From: a bacterium
GTDB lineage: Bacteria; Auribacterota; UBA3054
Length of the DNA: 64,000 nt
Direction of reading: 5' to 3'
Assembly (NCBI GenBank): GCA_017557885.1
Contig: JAFYXV010000008.1
Span: 66,843 to 130,842 of the forward strand
In this document: piece by piece, positions 27,157 through 37,099 of the stretch
Numbering within the stretch: position 1 is the stretch's first letter
How the letters are laid out: every line of letters begins with the position of its first letter
Position numbers and translations under genes: made by a program
Notes under the pieces: generated by a model
Told to the model about the DNA's origin: nothing
Database searches by the model: none
Seen by the model: only the letters and a program-made list of their open reading frames with translations

Positions 27157-28947
27157 ATGTCGAATGATCTTCCCCATTGGCAATTGAATGAGCTTTACCC
27201 TTCCCTGGATTCCCCGGAACTCAGAGCGGATCTTATCAAGATCAAAAACAACGTCGCCTCTTTGAAGGAATATGAATTTCCTCCCTGCCCGGATAGCGTC
27301 GATAAACTGGCGGATGAACTCGCCAAAATGATCAAGCGGGAAGAAGAATTGATAGAACCTGTGGAAGCGATCGGCGTTTACTGCCATTCCATCATAAGCA
27401 CGGATTCCTACAACGGCGAAGCCGTCAAAATAGATTCTTCCTTGGACGGCGCCAAGATCGCCCTTAGCCTTCTGCGGGTCCGCTATCTCAAATGGCTGGA
27501 CAATATCCCTCAAAAGCTGTGGAACGAGCTTTGGAGTTCCCCCGCTTCCGAAAAGATCAAGGACTTCCGTTTCGCCCTGCAGGAGGAACGCGACAACGCC
27601 GCTCATCTTCTGAGCGAAAAGGAAGAAGAACTGGCCGCCAAACTGGAGCAGTGCGGGACGCAAGCCTGGGCCAAGATGCAAGGCCTTATCACTTCCAGGG
27701 CCACCGCCGACTTCACCGTTGACGGCGAAACGAAAAGAATGCCACTGACCGCCATCAGAGCCTACCAGACCAACAGCGACCCCGAGGTTAGATTAAGAGC
27801 TCAGAAGACCGAAGAAGCCGCCTGGAAGACTATAGAGGACCAGATCGCCGCCTGCCTGAACGGCGTCAAAGGCAGCGCCAACACCATGGCGAAAGCCAGA
27901 GGCTACTCCTCCGCCCTTGAGCAGAGCCTGAGGATCTCCCGCCTTGACGACGAGACCTTCGCCGCCCTCTGGGACGCAATGCAGCGATCCTTCCCGCTTT
28001 TCAGGCGCTACTTCAAGAGCAAAGCCAAGAAGCTCGGGCTTCCGAAACTGCGCTGGTGCGACCTGGACGCCCCCGTGGGCAGCAGCACCAAACGTTATTC
28101 CTTTGAAGACTGCCAAAGCTTCCTGCTCAGACATTTCGCAAATTTCACACCGGAAATGCATGACCTGGCCAAAAGAGCTTTCGACAACAACTGGATCGAC
28201 GCCGAGCCCAGGGACGGCAAACGCGGCGGCGCTTTCTGCATGCCTATAAGGAAACTTGAAGAATCCCGCGTCATGGCCAACTACGGCTACAATTTCGATT
28301 CCGTCAACTGCCTGGCCCACGAACTGGGACATGCCTTCCACAACTACTGCATGAAAGGCCTTCCCGCCAAGCAGCGCAAGTGCCCAATGACGCTGGCCGA
28401 GACCGCCTCCATCATGAACGAGGTCGTGGTCTCCAGCTCCGCCATCAAAGAAGCCGAAAGTAGAGGCGAGGAACTCTACATCCTGGAAAACATGCTGACC
28501 AGCGCCAGCGGCGTCATCGTGGACATCGCCTCCCGCTTCCTCTTCGAAAAAGAAGTCATGAAGCGCCGGGAAGAAAACGAGCTTACGGCCAAGGAACTCT
28601 GCGCCATCATGGAAGAGGCCCAGAATGCCACCTTCGGCGACGCCCTGGACGAGAACTGCCGCGGGCCCTATATGTGGACCTGGAAGCCGCACTATTACTT
28701 CTCAAGCTTCAACTTCTACAACTACCCCTACGCCTTCGGCCAGCTTTTCGCCCTGGCGCTCTATTCGCTTTACAAAAAGGAAGGACAGACCTTCATTCCC
28801 AAGTACATGGGCTTCCTGCGCTCCGCAGGACAAGATTCGCCCAGAGGCCTGGCCGCGCGTTTTGGGTATAATATAACCAAGAAAGAATTTTGGGACAATT
28901 CCCTTTCAGTTATTGAAGGTTGGATAAACAGATACGAAGAACTTTGA
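27157..28947 (+). CDS. pepF: Oligoendopeptidase F-like M3-family metallopeptidase
   Basis: 596 aa with HELGHAFHNYC zinc-binding motif and M3B-like length. Confidence 0.75.
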   Translation: MSNDLPHWQLNELYPSLDSPELRADLIKIKNNVASLKEYEFPPCPDSVDKLADELAKMIKREEELIEPVEAIGVYCHSIISTDSYNGEAVKIDSSLDGAKIALSLLRVRYLKWLDNIPQKLWNELWSSPASEKIKDFRFALQEERDNAAHLLSEKEEELAAKLEQCGTQAWAKMQGLITSRATADFTVDGETKRMPLTAIRAYQTNSDPEVRLRAQKTEEAAWKTIEDQIAACLNGVKGSANTMAKARGYSSALEQSLRISRLDDETFAALWDAMQRSFPLFRRYFKSKAKKLGLPKLRWCDLDAPVGSSTKRYSFEDCQSFLLRHFANFTPEMHDLAKRAFDNNWIDAEPRDGKRGGAFCMPIRKLEESRVMANYGYNFDSVNCLAHELGHAFHNYCMKGLPAKQRKCPMTLAETASIMNEVVVSSSAIKEAESRGEELYILENMLTSASGVIVDIASRFLFEKEVMKRREENELTAKELCAIMEEAQNATFGDALDENCRGPYMWTWKPHYYFSSFNFYNYPYAFGQLFALALYSLYKKEGQTFIPKYMGFLRSAGQDSPRGLAARFGYNITKKEFWDNSLSVIEGWINRYEEL

Positions 28948-28950
28948 TCG

Positions 28951-29901
28951 ATGATTAAAGAATTATTATTGTTTACTCTTGGACTCGCCTTACTAATATC
29001 CGGCGGAGAACTAATGATCAAGGGCGCCGTGGCGCTCTCTAAGATACTCTCCATATCCGCCATGGTGATAGGTATCGTCATAGTGGGGTTCGGGACATCC
29101 GTTCCCGAGCTTTTGGCCAGCCTTTTTGCCGTTGTGAAAATGAACTCCCCGGGACTCCACTTCGGAAACATCATCGGCTCCAACATAGCCAACGTGCTTC
29201 TGATCCTTGGCTTGACAGCGGTAATTAATCCCATAACATTCCCGGCCAAACCTTCCAAAAGAGACATAACGTTCCTCATACTCAGCATAGTTCTTTTGGG
29301 GATCGCCTTTTTCGGCTTAAAACAAATCGATATCTTTTACGGAATATTCCTTACGCTCGCTATGGGTGTTTATATTGTCTGGAGTTTCTTAAAACGCGAT
29401 GTGCAGACCGAAGAGATACCGGAGCTTACCGGCCCGTGGGCCAACGTTTTCTTCAGCTTGCTCATGACAGTGATCGGTATCGCGGTAATGGTCGGCGGCG
29501 CCGACATGATGGTCGACAACGCCGTAAAGATCGCCAAGGATCTGAATGTCAGCAACACCCTTATCGGACTGACGATCGTTGCGGTCGGCACCAGCCTTCC
29601 GGAATTGGCCGCTTCGCTAATGTCCGCGCTTCACAAACACTCTGATCTGGCCGTCGGCAACATAATCGGCTCGAACATCTTCAACGCCATATTTATTCCT
29701 GGCCTTACGGCCATAGCGAATAAAATATGCAATGACAAGGCCATTGTTATTGGCGAAAACAAGCTCATTGAAGAGTTCTTGATAATGGGCATCGTCACCG
29801 CGGTCTTCATTTTCTTCTCCATAAGAGGTCGCATCGGACGTGTTGTCGGCGCATTGTTCCTTATTTCCTACGCGGTCTTCATCTTCTACGCCGCGAAATA
29901 A
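28951..29901 (+). CDS. Sodium/calcium exchanger (CaCA family) membrane protein
   Basis: Two alpha-repeat motifs GTSVPELLASL and GTSLPELAASL with GNIIGSNI(A/F)N. Confidence 0.85.
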   Translation: MIKELLLFTLGLALLISGGELMIKGAVALSKILSISAMVIGIVIVGFGTSVPELLASLFAVVKMNSPGLHFGNIIGSNIANVLLILGLTAVINPITFPAKPSKRDITFLILSIVLLGIAFFGLKQIDIFYGIFLTLAMGVYIVWSFLKRDVQTEEIPELTGPWANVFFSLLMTVIGIAVMVGGADMMVDNAVKIAKDLNVSNTLIGLTIVAVGTSLPELAASLMSALHKHSDLAVGNIIGSNIFNAIFIPGLTAIANKICNDKAIVIGENKLIEEFLIMGIVTAVFIFFSIRGRIGRVVGALFLISYAVFIFYAAK

Positions 29902-29942
29902 AGTTTGACCGCCAGGTCGCGATCTGTTTTAAGTTTGCAAAC

Positions 29943-30002
29943 AAAAATCCCTGCGCCTACTCCACAGAGAACTGTTCTTCGGGAAGTCGGCGCAGGGATT
30001 TT
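29943..30002. terminator. Putative bidirectional terminator / structured 3' region between convergent genes
   Basis: 14-bp stem AAAATCCCTGCGCC / GGCGCAGGGATTTT enclosing an inner AGAAC-tg-TTCT hairpin. Confidence 0.35.
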
Positions 30003-30032
30003 ACTTCGGCGCACAGAAGCTAAAGCGCCCGG

Positions 30033-30830
30033 TTATTCAGTTTTCGTCTTTTTCTCAGCAGCGGCTTCCTTGTTGGCGGCCCTCCAGTCCGCTTCCAGCT
30101 CCTTCGCCGACTTTCCGGTCGCTTTCTTCCAGAACTTGCCGTCGTCGAAAGAATGATCGCGGAGCGCGGCGTTGAGTTTCTTCATCGTCCCGGGGAAACG
30201 GCTCTCTACGAAACCGAAGAAATGCGCAGTGACGCGGTAGGAGTCGTTGTAGTGGTATTTATCGGGGGCCTTGAGCACAAAATCGCAGCCTTTGGACTCA
30301 GGTTCGAAAAGGACCCACCTGATGTAGTCCGCGTAGCCCTCGCTCGCCCATTCGGGGCAGTTCTTCTCGTTGCACCCCTCCGTCCAATAGTTCTGCAAAA
30401 CGTGGGTGAGTTCGTGTATGGTAGAACCAAGCGCCTCGCCATCCAGATTCTCCCTGAACCAATCGACGCGAAGGCAGACCTGATTCTCACTGGGCAAAGC
30501 CCAGGCCGGCGCACCGTCGGCGGATTTTAGTTTTACGACAACGAACTGGAAGTTGATTTTTTTCGGCGGCTTCCAGCCGTCGGACGCCATGGTGTCGGTC
30601 AGCTTCACGACCCACTCTTTAACGGCGGGTGCGAACTTTTCCTTCGTCCACTTGTTCAGGTCCGGGGCGTTTGATGTGTCGAATACGAGTTTCGAAACGC
30701 TTGTCGCGACTTCAAATTTGTTGTTATCGCTCTTTTCCTTGCCGCCCTCAGCCGCATAAAGGGAAACCGTCGGCAGCATTAAAAAGCAAGCCATCGTTAA
30801 CATTAACCAGCTTTTGTCGTAGTTCTTCAT
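30033..30830 (-). CDS. Secreted BSP-family-like (basic secretory protein / peptidase of plants and bacteria) putative metallopeptidase
   Basis: Signal peptide; HELTHVLQNYW...EGYADYIRW resembles the BSP-family HExxH pattern. Confidence 0.5.
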   Translation of the reverse strand: MKNYDKSWLMLTMACFLMLPTVSLYAAEGGKEKSDNNKFEVATSVSKLVFDTSNAPDLNKWTKEKFAPAVKEWVVKLTDTMASDGWKPPKKINFQFVVVKLKSADGAPAWALPSENQVCLRVDWFRENLDGEALGSTIHELTHVLQNYWTEGCNEKNCPEWASEGYADYIRWVLFEPESKGCDFVLKAPDKYHYNDSYRVTAHFFGFVESRFPGTMKKLNAALRDHSFDDGKFWKKATGKSAKELEADWRAANKEAAAEKKTKTE

Positions 30831-30880
30831 TTTGTTCTCCGTTTATTTTATTTCGTTTGTTTTATTTCCTTTGATCATTT

Positions 30881-32545
30881 TTATTGCTTCTCAGGCAGAT
30901 CCCAATCGTATGTTTTGATCTCGCTGCCGAAGCGCCAGCGCGCGGGCCGAAGGTTTTCCTGCCAGTCCAGCGGTTCGCCGGTAGGCTGCGGCTTGGCCGA
31001 GCGGCGCAAAGCCTGCTCCAGCGCCGTACGGATCTCCGGCGTCGTAAAATTGCGCTTCCATGAGACGAACAGCGCCGTGCCGGAACGCGAGACAAGATCG
31101 AGCCACTGCGAATTCAACTTCCAGGGAATTGCGTCCTTATCCGAAAGCCCGAAGCAGTCGCCATCCGCAAAATAGAACGTGCCGTGATGGATCGTGCGCA
31201 TGCCAACCGTGTTCGGACCCATCTGGCGCGTCCGCCCCCAGTCGTTTCCGCTCGTGTCGTCGCCTGTGCGCTGGATCTCAAAGAGTCCGGCGGCGAAGTG
31301 ATCGATCGCGTTGCAGCCGATGATGACCATTTTGTCGCCTGCGGCCTCGCGAAGCACCGTGTAGAGTCCCTTCACGACTTCCGCCGTGGTACGGCTCCTG
31401 TCGCTCCACTCGGGAAGGTCGCGGTTAATGGGGGCTAGCCCGCCGCCCCAGGATACGCACCAGTCGAAAGTGATGTAGTCTGTTTTGATTAGCTCAAATC
31501 CCCAATCGACAAAACGCGCCACGTCGGCGCGGATGCGCTTTTCAAGCGTCGGATCGGTCGGATCCATGGGAAGGCCTTCGTTCGGCAGCCCGTCGTCGGG
31601 AAGGAAGGGACGGTACCAGAGTCCCGGCTTGGCGTCCATCGCTTTGACGTGTTTTGCCACTTCGTCCATCTCCATCCCCCACTTTTCGTTCACTCCCGCC
31701 CAGCGCTTGTCGGCCGTTGTCTCAGCGCACCCCTGCTTGCCGCGCTGCCAGCCGTCGTCCACGACGACATAGGGACGCACCAATTCGCCCTTGACGAGCG
31801 AAATTATGAATTCGGCGTCCGCAAGGAAGTTCGTCGCCGTGTTATTGCCGTAGGCGCAGTACCAGTCGTTGTAGCCATAGATGGGTTCCTTCGGAAGACG
31901 CGGTTTCGGACACATCTTCCGGCAGAACTCCTGACCGGCCTTGAAGGGCGTCTCGTTATCATTGCCGCGCCGGGAGACGAGGGTGCAGGCCTGAAGCTCA
32001 CGGCCCTTTAGTTCCAAAGGACTCGAACCGGCGCGAACATCAATTGATAGCAACAGGCGCTCCGGATCGACTTTCCAGGAGCCGAAAGCGTTCGGCTGGA
32101 CCATGAGCCCGTAGCCGTCCGTGCGCTTCCCGTCGTTCACAAGGCAGTACCACGGCTTCCAGCCGTCGTGGGGAGCGGATGAGCCATCAATGCCAAACCA
32201 TCCCGAGTCCCCATAGGTGCGCTCCCAGTCGCCGCCGTAAACGAGGGCGTTTTTGGGTAGCGAGGCGTTCCATATAAGCTCGACCTTGGAGATGGGAGCT
32301 TCGCCTGAAATGGTTACCGTTACTTCTTGACGCGGGTCGTGGCAGAGCGCCAGTTTCACGCGATTAGCGGAATCCTCAGCGCCGTCCACAAGAATTTTGT
32401 CGGGTTTAGCGATGTCGACAAAGGGCATCTCAGTGCATTTCGCCGCGCCCTGTTTGGAAGCAGACGCATCTGCACAGCCGTGCAGAGCGCCGGACGCAAA
32501 CGTTGCCACACCAAATAAAGATAAGATCGAAAAAACGTTTCTCAT
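30881..32545 (-). CDS. Secreted glycoside hydrolase, alpha-galactosidase-like (clan GH-D, GH27/GH36-type)
   Basis: Signal peptide; YGYNDWYCAYGNN...VVVDDGWQ (DDxW motif) and FVDWGFELIKTDYITFDW (nucleophile-region K(V/T)D(Y/F) pattern). Confidence 0.6.
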   Translation of the reverse strand: MRNVFSILSLFGVATFASGALHGCADASASKQGAAKCTEMPFVDIAKPDKILVDGAEDSANRVKLALCHDPRQEVTVTISGEAPISKVELIWNASLPKNALVYGGDWERTYGDSGWFGIDGSSAPHDGWKPWYCLVNDGKRTDGYGLMVQPNAFGSWKVDPERLLLSIDVRAGSSPLELKGRELQACTLVSRRGNDNETPFKAGQEFCRKMCPKPRLPKEPIYGYNDWYCAYGNNTATNFLADAEFIISLVKGELVRPYVVVDDGWQRGKQGCAETTADKRWAGVNEKWGMEMDEVAKHVKAMDAKPGLWYRPFLPDDGLPNEGLPMDPTDPTLEKRIRADVARFVDWGFELIKTDYITFDWCVSWGGGLAPINRDLPEWSDRSRTTAEVVKGLYTVLREAAGDKMVIIGCNAIDHFAAGLFEIQRTGDDTSGNDWGRTRQMGPNTVGMRTIHHGTFYFADGDCFGLSDKDAIPWKLNSQWLDLVSRSGTALFVSWKRNFTTPEIRTALEQALRRSAKPQPTGEPLDWQENLRPARWRFGSEIKTYDWDLPEKQ

Positions 32546-32572
32546 GCTATCATTCCTTAATTAATGCCCATA

Positions 32573-34192
32573 TTACCACGTATTGCCGAAAGGCTTCATA
32601 GCTTCGTCAAATTCGGGGATCGTCGCAGCCTTGCCGGCGAGATACTCATCCACGCGGCGCTTGGCCTCCTCCATGCGCGCCAATACGCTGGAGTTGCGCT
32701 TTTGGATCAGATCGAAGCCGAAGGGCTGGGATGTTTCGTTCCAGTTGTCGCGGTAGATCTCACAGAATTCGCGCATCGCAGTAACCGCCTTGTCGAGCTT
32801 CGCCGCAGCTTCCTTGATCTTCTCAGCGTCCTTTTCCTTCCAGGCGTCCAGCATCGCGAGCGAATAGTCTAATTTTGTCAGCGTCGCGCAGCTGTAAGCG
32901 CAGGAGACGGGAGCTCCCGACCCCTCAAATCCTGCTTCCGCGTCGGCAAGAGCATCGCGCCACACACGGAGGCGATTGATGCCGTCGCCGTCCCACTTTG
33001 CCATGGCGTTCCTTATTTCCAGCATATAAAGCGGATCGTCATAGAAGAACGTCGTATCGTGTTTCCCCAGATTGAAATTCGGGTGGCTCTGGATATTGGA
33101 GATCTTGGAGATGGTTTTGAAGTCCATGCCCGTTATCGCCTTAAAGCGCGCGCAATTGTCGTCGTTGGGTTCCACGGGGCGTCCGGCGGCAAGTTCGGCG
33201 CAGGTGAACATGGCCTCGTCGATGGTCTCGGGAATATGGTAGGCGCCGTTGTCGCCCCAGAGAGTTATCCACATTTCAGGGCACCCCTTCTCCTTTGCGG
33301 CGGTAAGAAATGCGCCCAAGGCTTTGAGCGTATATTCACGGAAGTGAATGAAGCGGTCCCACACCAGGGCTCCGCCCGCCAAAACCGGCTTGCCGTTTAA
33401 TTCGGCGTGTCCGTCGATAGTCCTGCGATAATGATCAGTATCAAGATTGTAGTAATCCCAGAAAACGAGGCGCACTCCGGCGGGGATCTTTTTTGAGATC
33501 TCTTCTGCGGACAGTTCTTTGTTGTCGCGGTACATTCCGTAGAACATGTCGCTCCAGATCAAAATTTCCTTGTAGCCGTGGCGATTGCAGATCTCGCAGA
33601 CTTTTTTTAGATGCTCGAGAAAAACATCGAATTTCGGGCGATTGCCGTTGCGCTTGGCGTATTCGCCGTCCGCAAAGCCCCAAGCCTCGTCCATGCCGAC
33701 GTGGATGCGGCTGCCGCCGGCGCCCTCCTGCCAGAAGGCGACCATCTTCTCGATGAGCTCGTAGGTCTTGGGCTCGCCCACCAGCACCGTGGAGTCGTTG
33801 CAGCGCACGTCCGCCGAATCGCTCCAGCGCAGCCATTTTTCGAGATGCCCCAGTGTCTGGATGCAGGGAACGAGTTCAAGTCCGTTCGCATCCGCGGCCG
33901 CCTTGATCTCCTTCACGTCTTCCAACGTTAAGCCGCCGCGCGTTAAGCCCCACTTCGGCACGCCTTCAAGGCAATAGGTGTCCTCGGTATAGAGCATGAC
34001 GCTGTTGTAGCCCATCTTGGACATGCGCTCAAAGCAGCCTTTCAAATAAGGGACCTTATAGACGCGTCCGCGCGAGAGGTCGAGCATCGCGCCGAGCCTT
34101 TTAAGCCCCGCCCCTTCGGACTGAGGCTCCGCGGCTGTGCAAACCAGCGCGCCCGCAAGCGCCGCGACCGAGGCAATAGTTTTCATTGTCAT
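32573..34192 (-). CDS. Secreted glycoside hydrolase with GH20-like (beta-N-acetylhexosaminidase-type) catalytic domain
   Basis: Signal peptide; DLSRGRVY...MSKMGYNSVMLYTEDT...LTLEDVKEIKAAADANGLELVPCIQTLGH...RIHVGMDEAW aligns by eye to GH20 motifs (D-SR, H-x-GGDE-like D-E pair). Confidence 0.5.
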   Translation of the reverse strand: MTMKTIASVAALAGALVCTAAEPQSEGAGLKRLGAMLDLSRGRVYKVPYLKGCFERMSKMGYNSVMLYTEDTYCLEGVPKWGLTRGGLTLEDVKEIKAAADANGLELVPCIQTLGHLEKWLRWSDSADVRCNDSTVLVGEPKTYELIEKMVAFWQEGAGGSRIHVGMDEAWGFADGEYAKRNGNRPKFDVFLEHLKKVCEICNRHGYKEILIWSDMFYGMYRDNKELSAEEISKKIPAGVRLVFWDYYNLDTDHYRRTIDGHAELNGKPVLAGGALVWDRFIHFREYTLKALGAFLTAAKEKGCPEMWITLWGDNGAYHIPETIDEAMFTCAELAAGRPVEPNDDNCARFKAITGMDFKTISKISNIQSHPNFNLGKHDTTFFYDDPLYMLEIRNAMAKWDGDGINRLRVWRDALADAEAGFEGSGAPVSCAYSCATLTKLDYSLAMLDAWKEKDAEKIKEAAAKLDKAVTAMREFCEIYRDNWNETSQPFGFDLIQKRNSSVLARMEEAKRRVDEYLAGKAATIPEFDEAMKPFGNTW

Positions 34193-34273
34193 TGATTTGT
34201 TCCTTTTGATTATGTCTTTCTTTAGTTACTATGCTTGCATGATCTTTGTCAGGAAATAAAGGCCCGCGTTTTA

Positions 34274-35395
34274 TTAGTGATAAATTTTCTTGATTCCGGG
34301 ATGCCTGTGGATGTGGCTCTCTCTTTCTCTCTCCCTCTCCCAGAGGCTCAGCTTCTTCCTCTCGGGCGGTTCGGCGTCTTCTTCATCCAAAACTTTCTGC
34401 CATTTAGCCAGCGCTAAGGGATCAGCCATGGGCTCTTTGGTCAAGGGATAAAACACCCTCTTCTTCAGCCCGTTGCAAAAATCGTCGAAACTTCCGGCCC
34501 ATTTGTCGCTGACATAGAGATTTTGAAAGCTGTTGCGGAAGCCGGAATTCCCGCCTTTTACGGTTTTTATGTATTCCACGAATTTTGGTTCGCTTGCCAG
34601 GAATATATTGCTGACCAACGCTCTCGACTGTATGGTGAAATAAAGCTTCTTTTCCAGGTCGTCCATCTTGGGAGGCCAGAAGAGGTCGGTTGGCAGCAGC
34701 AGCTTGTCTTCCAGAAGGTAAGGCAGCGTGACGATCCTGCTCGGCTCCACCACCGCGTTCAGGCGGGAACAGTGCGCGCAGAACCCTACTCTCAGCGCGT
34801 CGCAAAGCTCTCCCTCGGGATTGACGCTGTCCATGTATTCCTTCAGGATCATGCTGGCCACGCCGTATTTCATGCTGTTTCCCAATTGCAACCTGTTGCC
34901 AGGAGTTGCGCAGACCAATACGGAGCGGGCCTTGCTGTCAACGGAAACGTTGTCCGCAGGAGTTAGACCATCCTTCCCCTTCAGGGCCGCAAACAGCTTG
35001 GGATCGGTCAAAACATAGATCTTGCAGCGATCGTCGGAAAAATCAAAGATATCTCCAGCCTGCAGTTGGGTCAAGGTTTTTTGAAGAAAGTTGATCAGAT
35101 CAATGCTGATCGGGATAAATTTATAGTATTGGAAAGTGTCTGTTTCCTTGAGCATATTGACATGTTTTTTAATTTCTTCCTTTTCCCCCTCTTCCGAAGA
35201 AATAACGACTGTTTCTTCCTCGAAAAAGCCCTGGCATTTTTTTGGAAAATAAAAAACAAAAAAATCCGTCTTCCAGCTCTTGTAACCCTCGCCTGCGCAA
35301 ACCGCTTCCCACCGATCCGCGCCGGCACCGCGAACGTTGATCGGCAGAAGAAACGCCGCAGCCAAAAGGCATAATATCAGTTTTAAGGAGCGCAT
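34274..35395 (-). CDS. Secreted hypothetical protein (first gene of the minus-strand glycan-degradation cluster)
   Basis: Signal peptide MRSLKLILCLLAAAFLLPINVRGAGA; no recognised domain. Confidence 0.5.
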   Translation of the reverse strand: MRSLKLILCLLAAAFLLPINVRGAGADRWEAVCAGEGYKSWKTDFFVFYFPKKCQGFFEEETVVISSEEGEKEEIKKHVNMLKETDTFQYYKFIPISIDLINFLQKTLTQLQAGDIFDFSDDRCKIYVLTDPKLFAALKGKDGLTPADNVSVDSKARSVLVCATPGNRLQLGNSMKYGVASMILKEYMDSVNPEGELCDALRVGFCAHCSRLNAVVEPSRIVTLPYLLEDKLLLPTDLFWPPKMDDLEKKLYFTIQSRALVSNIFLASEPKFVEYIKTVKGGNSGFRNSFQNLYVSDKWAGSFDDFCNGLKKRVFYPLTKEPMADPLALAKWQKVLDEEDAEPPERKKLSLWERERERESHIHRHPGIKKIYH

Positions 35396-35557
35396 GCTGG
35401 ATGCTCTTTCTTTGACGATTAAAATAAACTTTACTAATTAAATCAATTATAGCATAAGAAATGTTGTCTTTTTGTTTTTCTTTGCGAACAGATCGGGCTG
35501 GCCAAAAGGGCGGGACTTTCTGATATAATAAATAAAATTAAAATAAGGAATGATCTT

Positions 35558-36619
35558 ATGTTGGAACAAATCGCTAACGAATTGGAAAACCTTAAGAAGG
35601 AAGCGACTTCCGCCATCGAAGCCGCCGGCAGCACGGCGGAACTGGCGGAGCTTGACATCAAATATTTGGGACGCAAGGGCTCCTTCGCCGCTTACATGTC
35701 CCGCATGAAAGACCTTTCCAATGAGGAAAGGCCCTCTTTCGGCAAGATCGTGAACGAAGCCAAGACCGCCGTCTCCACGGCTCTTTCCGACCGCCGCATC
35801 GCCCTTTTGGTGGCGGAAGACACCGCCAAACTGAAAAAGGACAGGATCGACGTGACGCTGCCCGGGCGCTTCGCCTCGGTGGGCTCCATTCATCCAACCT
35901 CCGCGGCTTTGAAAGAGATCTCGGATATCTTCCTTCGTTTGGGCTTCACCATTGAGGAAGGCCCGGACGTGGAGGATGAATGGCACAACTTCGACGCCCT
36001 CAATATTCCCGACACCCATCCGGCCCGCGACGTGCAGGACACCTTCTTCGTGAAGTCCCCCAAGGAAGTCGCCGAGTCAGGCAACAAGATCCTGATGCGC
36101 ACCCACACCTCGCCTGTGCAGGCCAGGACCATGGAAAAGCAGCAGCCTCCCATCCGCTTCATAGCGCCCGGCAGAGTTTACCGCAACGAAAGGATCGACG
36201 CCTCCCACTACACCATCTTCCATCAGATCGAAGGATTATATGTGGACAAGAACGTGACCTTCGCGCAATTGAAGGGAACCTTGATGAACTTCGCGAAGAT
36301 CTACTACGGCCCGCAAGCCTCCATCAGGCTGCGCCCGGGTTTCTTCCCCTTCACTGAGCCTAGCGCTGAAGTTGACATCACCTGCACGGTCTGCGGCGGC
36401 AAAGGCTGCAGCGTCTGCAAAGGCACGGGCTGGGTGGAAGTTTTGGGCGCCGGCATGGTCCATCCCAACGTCTTCAAAGCCGCCGGCTACACTGATCCCG
36501 ATATCACGGGCTACGCCTTCGGATTGGGCGTCGAGCGCCTCGCGATCCTAAAGTACCGCATCGACGACATCCGTCTCTTCTACGATAACGACATCCGCTT
36601 CCTGGAGCAGTTCATCTAA
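35558..36619 (+). CDS. pheS: Phenylalanine--tRNA ligase alpha subunit
   Basis: Class II aaRS motifs (FPFTEPSAEVD, GAGMVHPNV...GLGVERLAIL) and zinc-ribbon-like CTVCGGKGCSVCKGTGW. Confidence 0.95.
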   Translation: MLEQIANELENLKKEATSAIEAAGSTAELAELDIKYLGRKGSFAAYMSRMKDLSNEERPSFGKIVNEAKTAVSTALSDRRIALLVAEDTAKLKKDRIDVTLPGRFASVGSIHPTSAALKEISDIFLRLGFTIEEGPDVEDEWHNFDALNIPDTHPARDVQDTFFVKSPKEVAESGNKILMRTHTSPVQARTMEKQQPPIRFIAPGRVYRNERIDASHYTIFHQIEGLYVDKNVTFAQLKGTLMNFAKIYYGPQASIRLRPGFFPFTEPSAEVDITCTVCGGKGCSVCKGTGWVEVLGAGMVHPNVFKAAGYTDPDITGYAFGLGVERLAILKYRIDDIRLFYDNDIRFLEQFI

Positions 36620-36622
36620 GTC

Positions 36623-37099
36623 ATGATCAGAGTTGGCCAGGGATTCGACGTTCACGCTTTCGCGCCGGGAAGGCCTCTCAAGCTTTGCGGCGTCACTGTT
36701 CCCTTTGAATTGGGACTGCTCGGCCATTCAGACGCCGACGTGGCTGTCCACGCTTTGATGGACGCGCTGCTGGGCGCCGCCGCGCTTGGCGATATCGGCA
36801 AACTCTTTCCCGACACCGACCAAAAATACGCCGGCGCGGACAGCATACTGCTTTTGAAGAAAGTGGTCGCGCTCCTGAAAGAAAAAAATTTTACGATCAT
36901 AAATTTCGACATAACCATCATTGCGCAGGAACCGAAGATCAGTCCTTATGTCGACGGGATGCGGGCGATACTGGCGTCTTGCTGCGGCCTGTCCCTCGAC
37001 TGTGTCAGCGTCAAAGCGACCACCACGGAAAAACTGGGCTTCACGGGAAGAAAGGAAGGCATCGCCGCCCTGGCCTGCGCTCTTATTGAAAAAGCTTAA
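36623..37099 (+). CDS. ispF: 2-C-methyl-D-erythritol 2,4-cyclodiphosphate synthase
   Basis: MIRVGQGFDVHAF...GHSDADVAVHALMDALLGAAALGDIGKLFPDTD. Confidence 0.95.
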   Translation: MIRVGQGFDVHAFAPGRPLKLCGVTVPFELGLLGHSDADVAVHALMDALLGAAALGDIGKLFPDTDQKYAGADSILLLKKVVALLKEKNFTIINFDITIIAQEPKISPYVDGMRAILASCCGLSLDCVSVKATTTEKLGFTGRKEGIAALACALIEKA

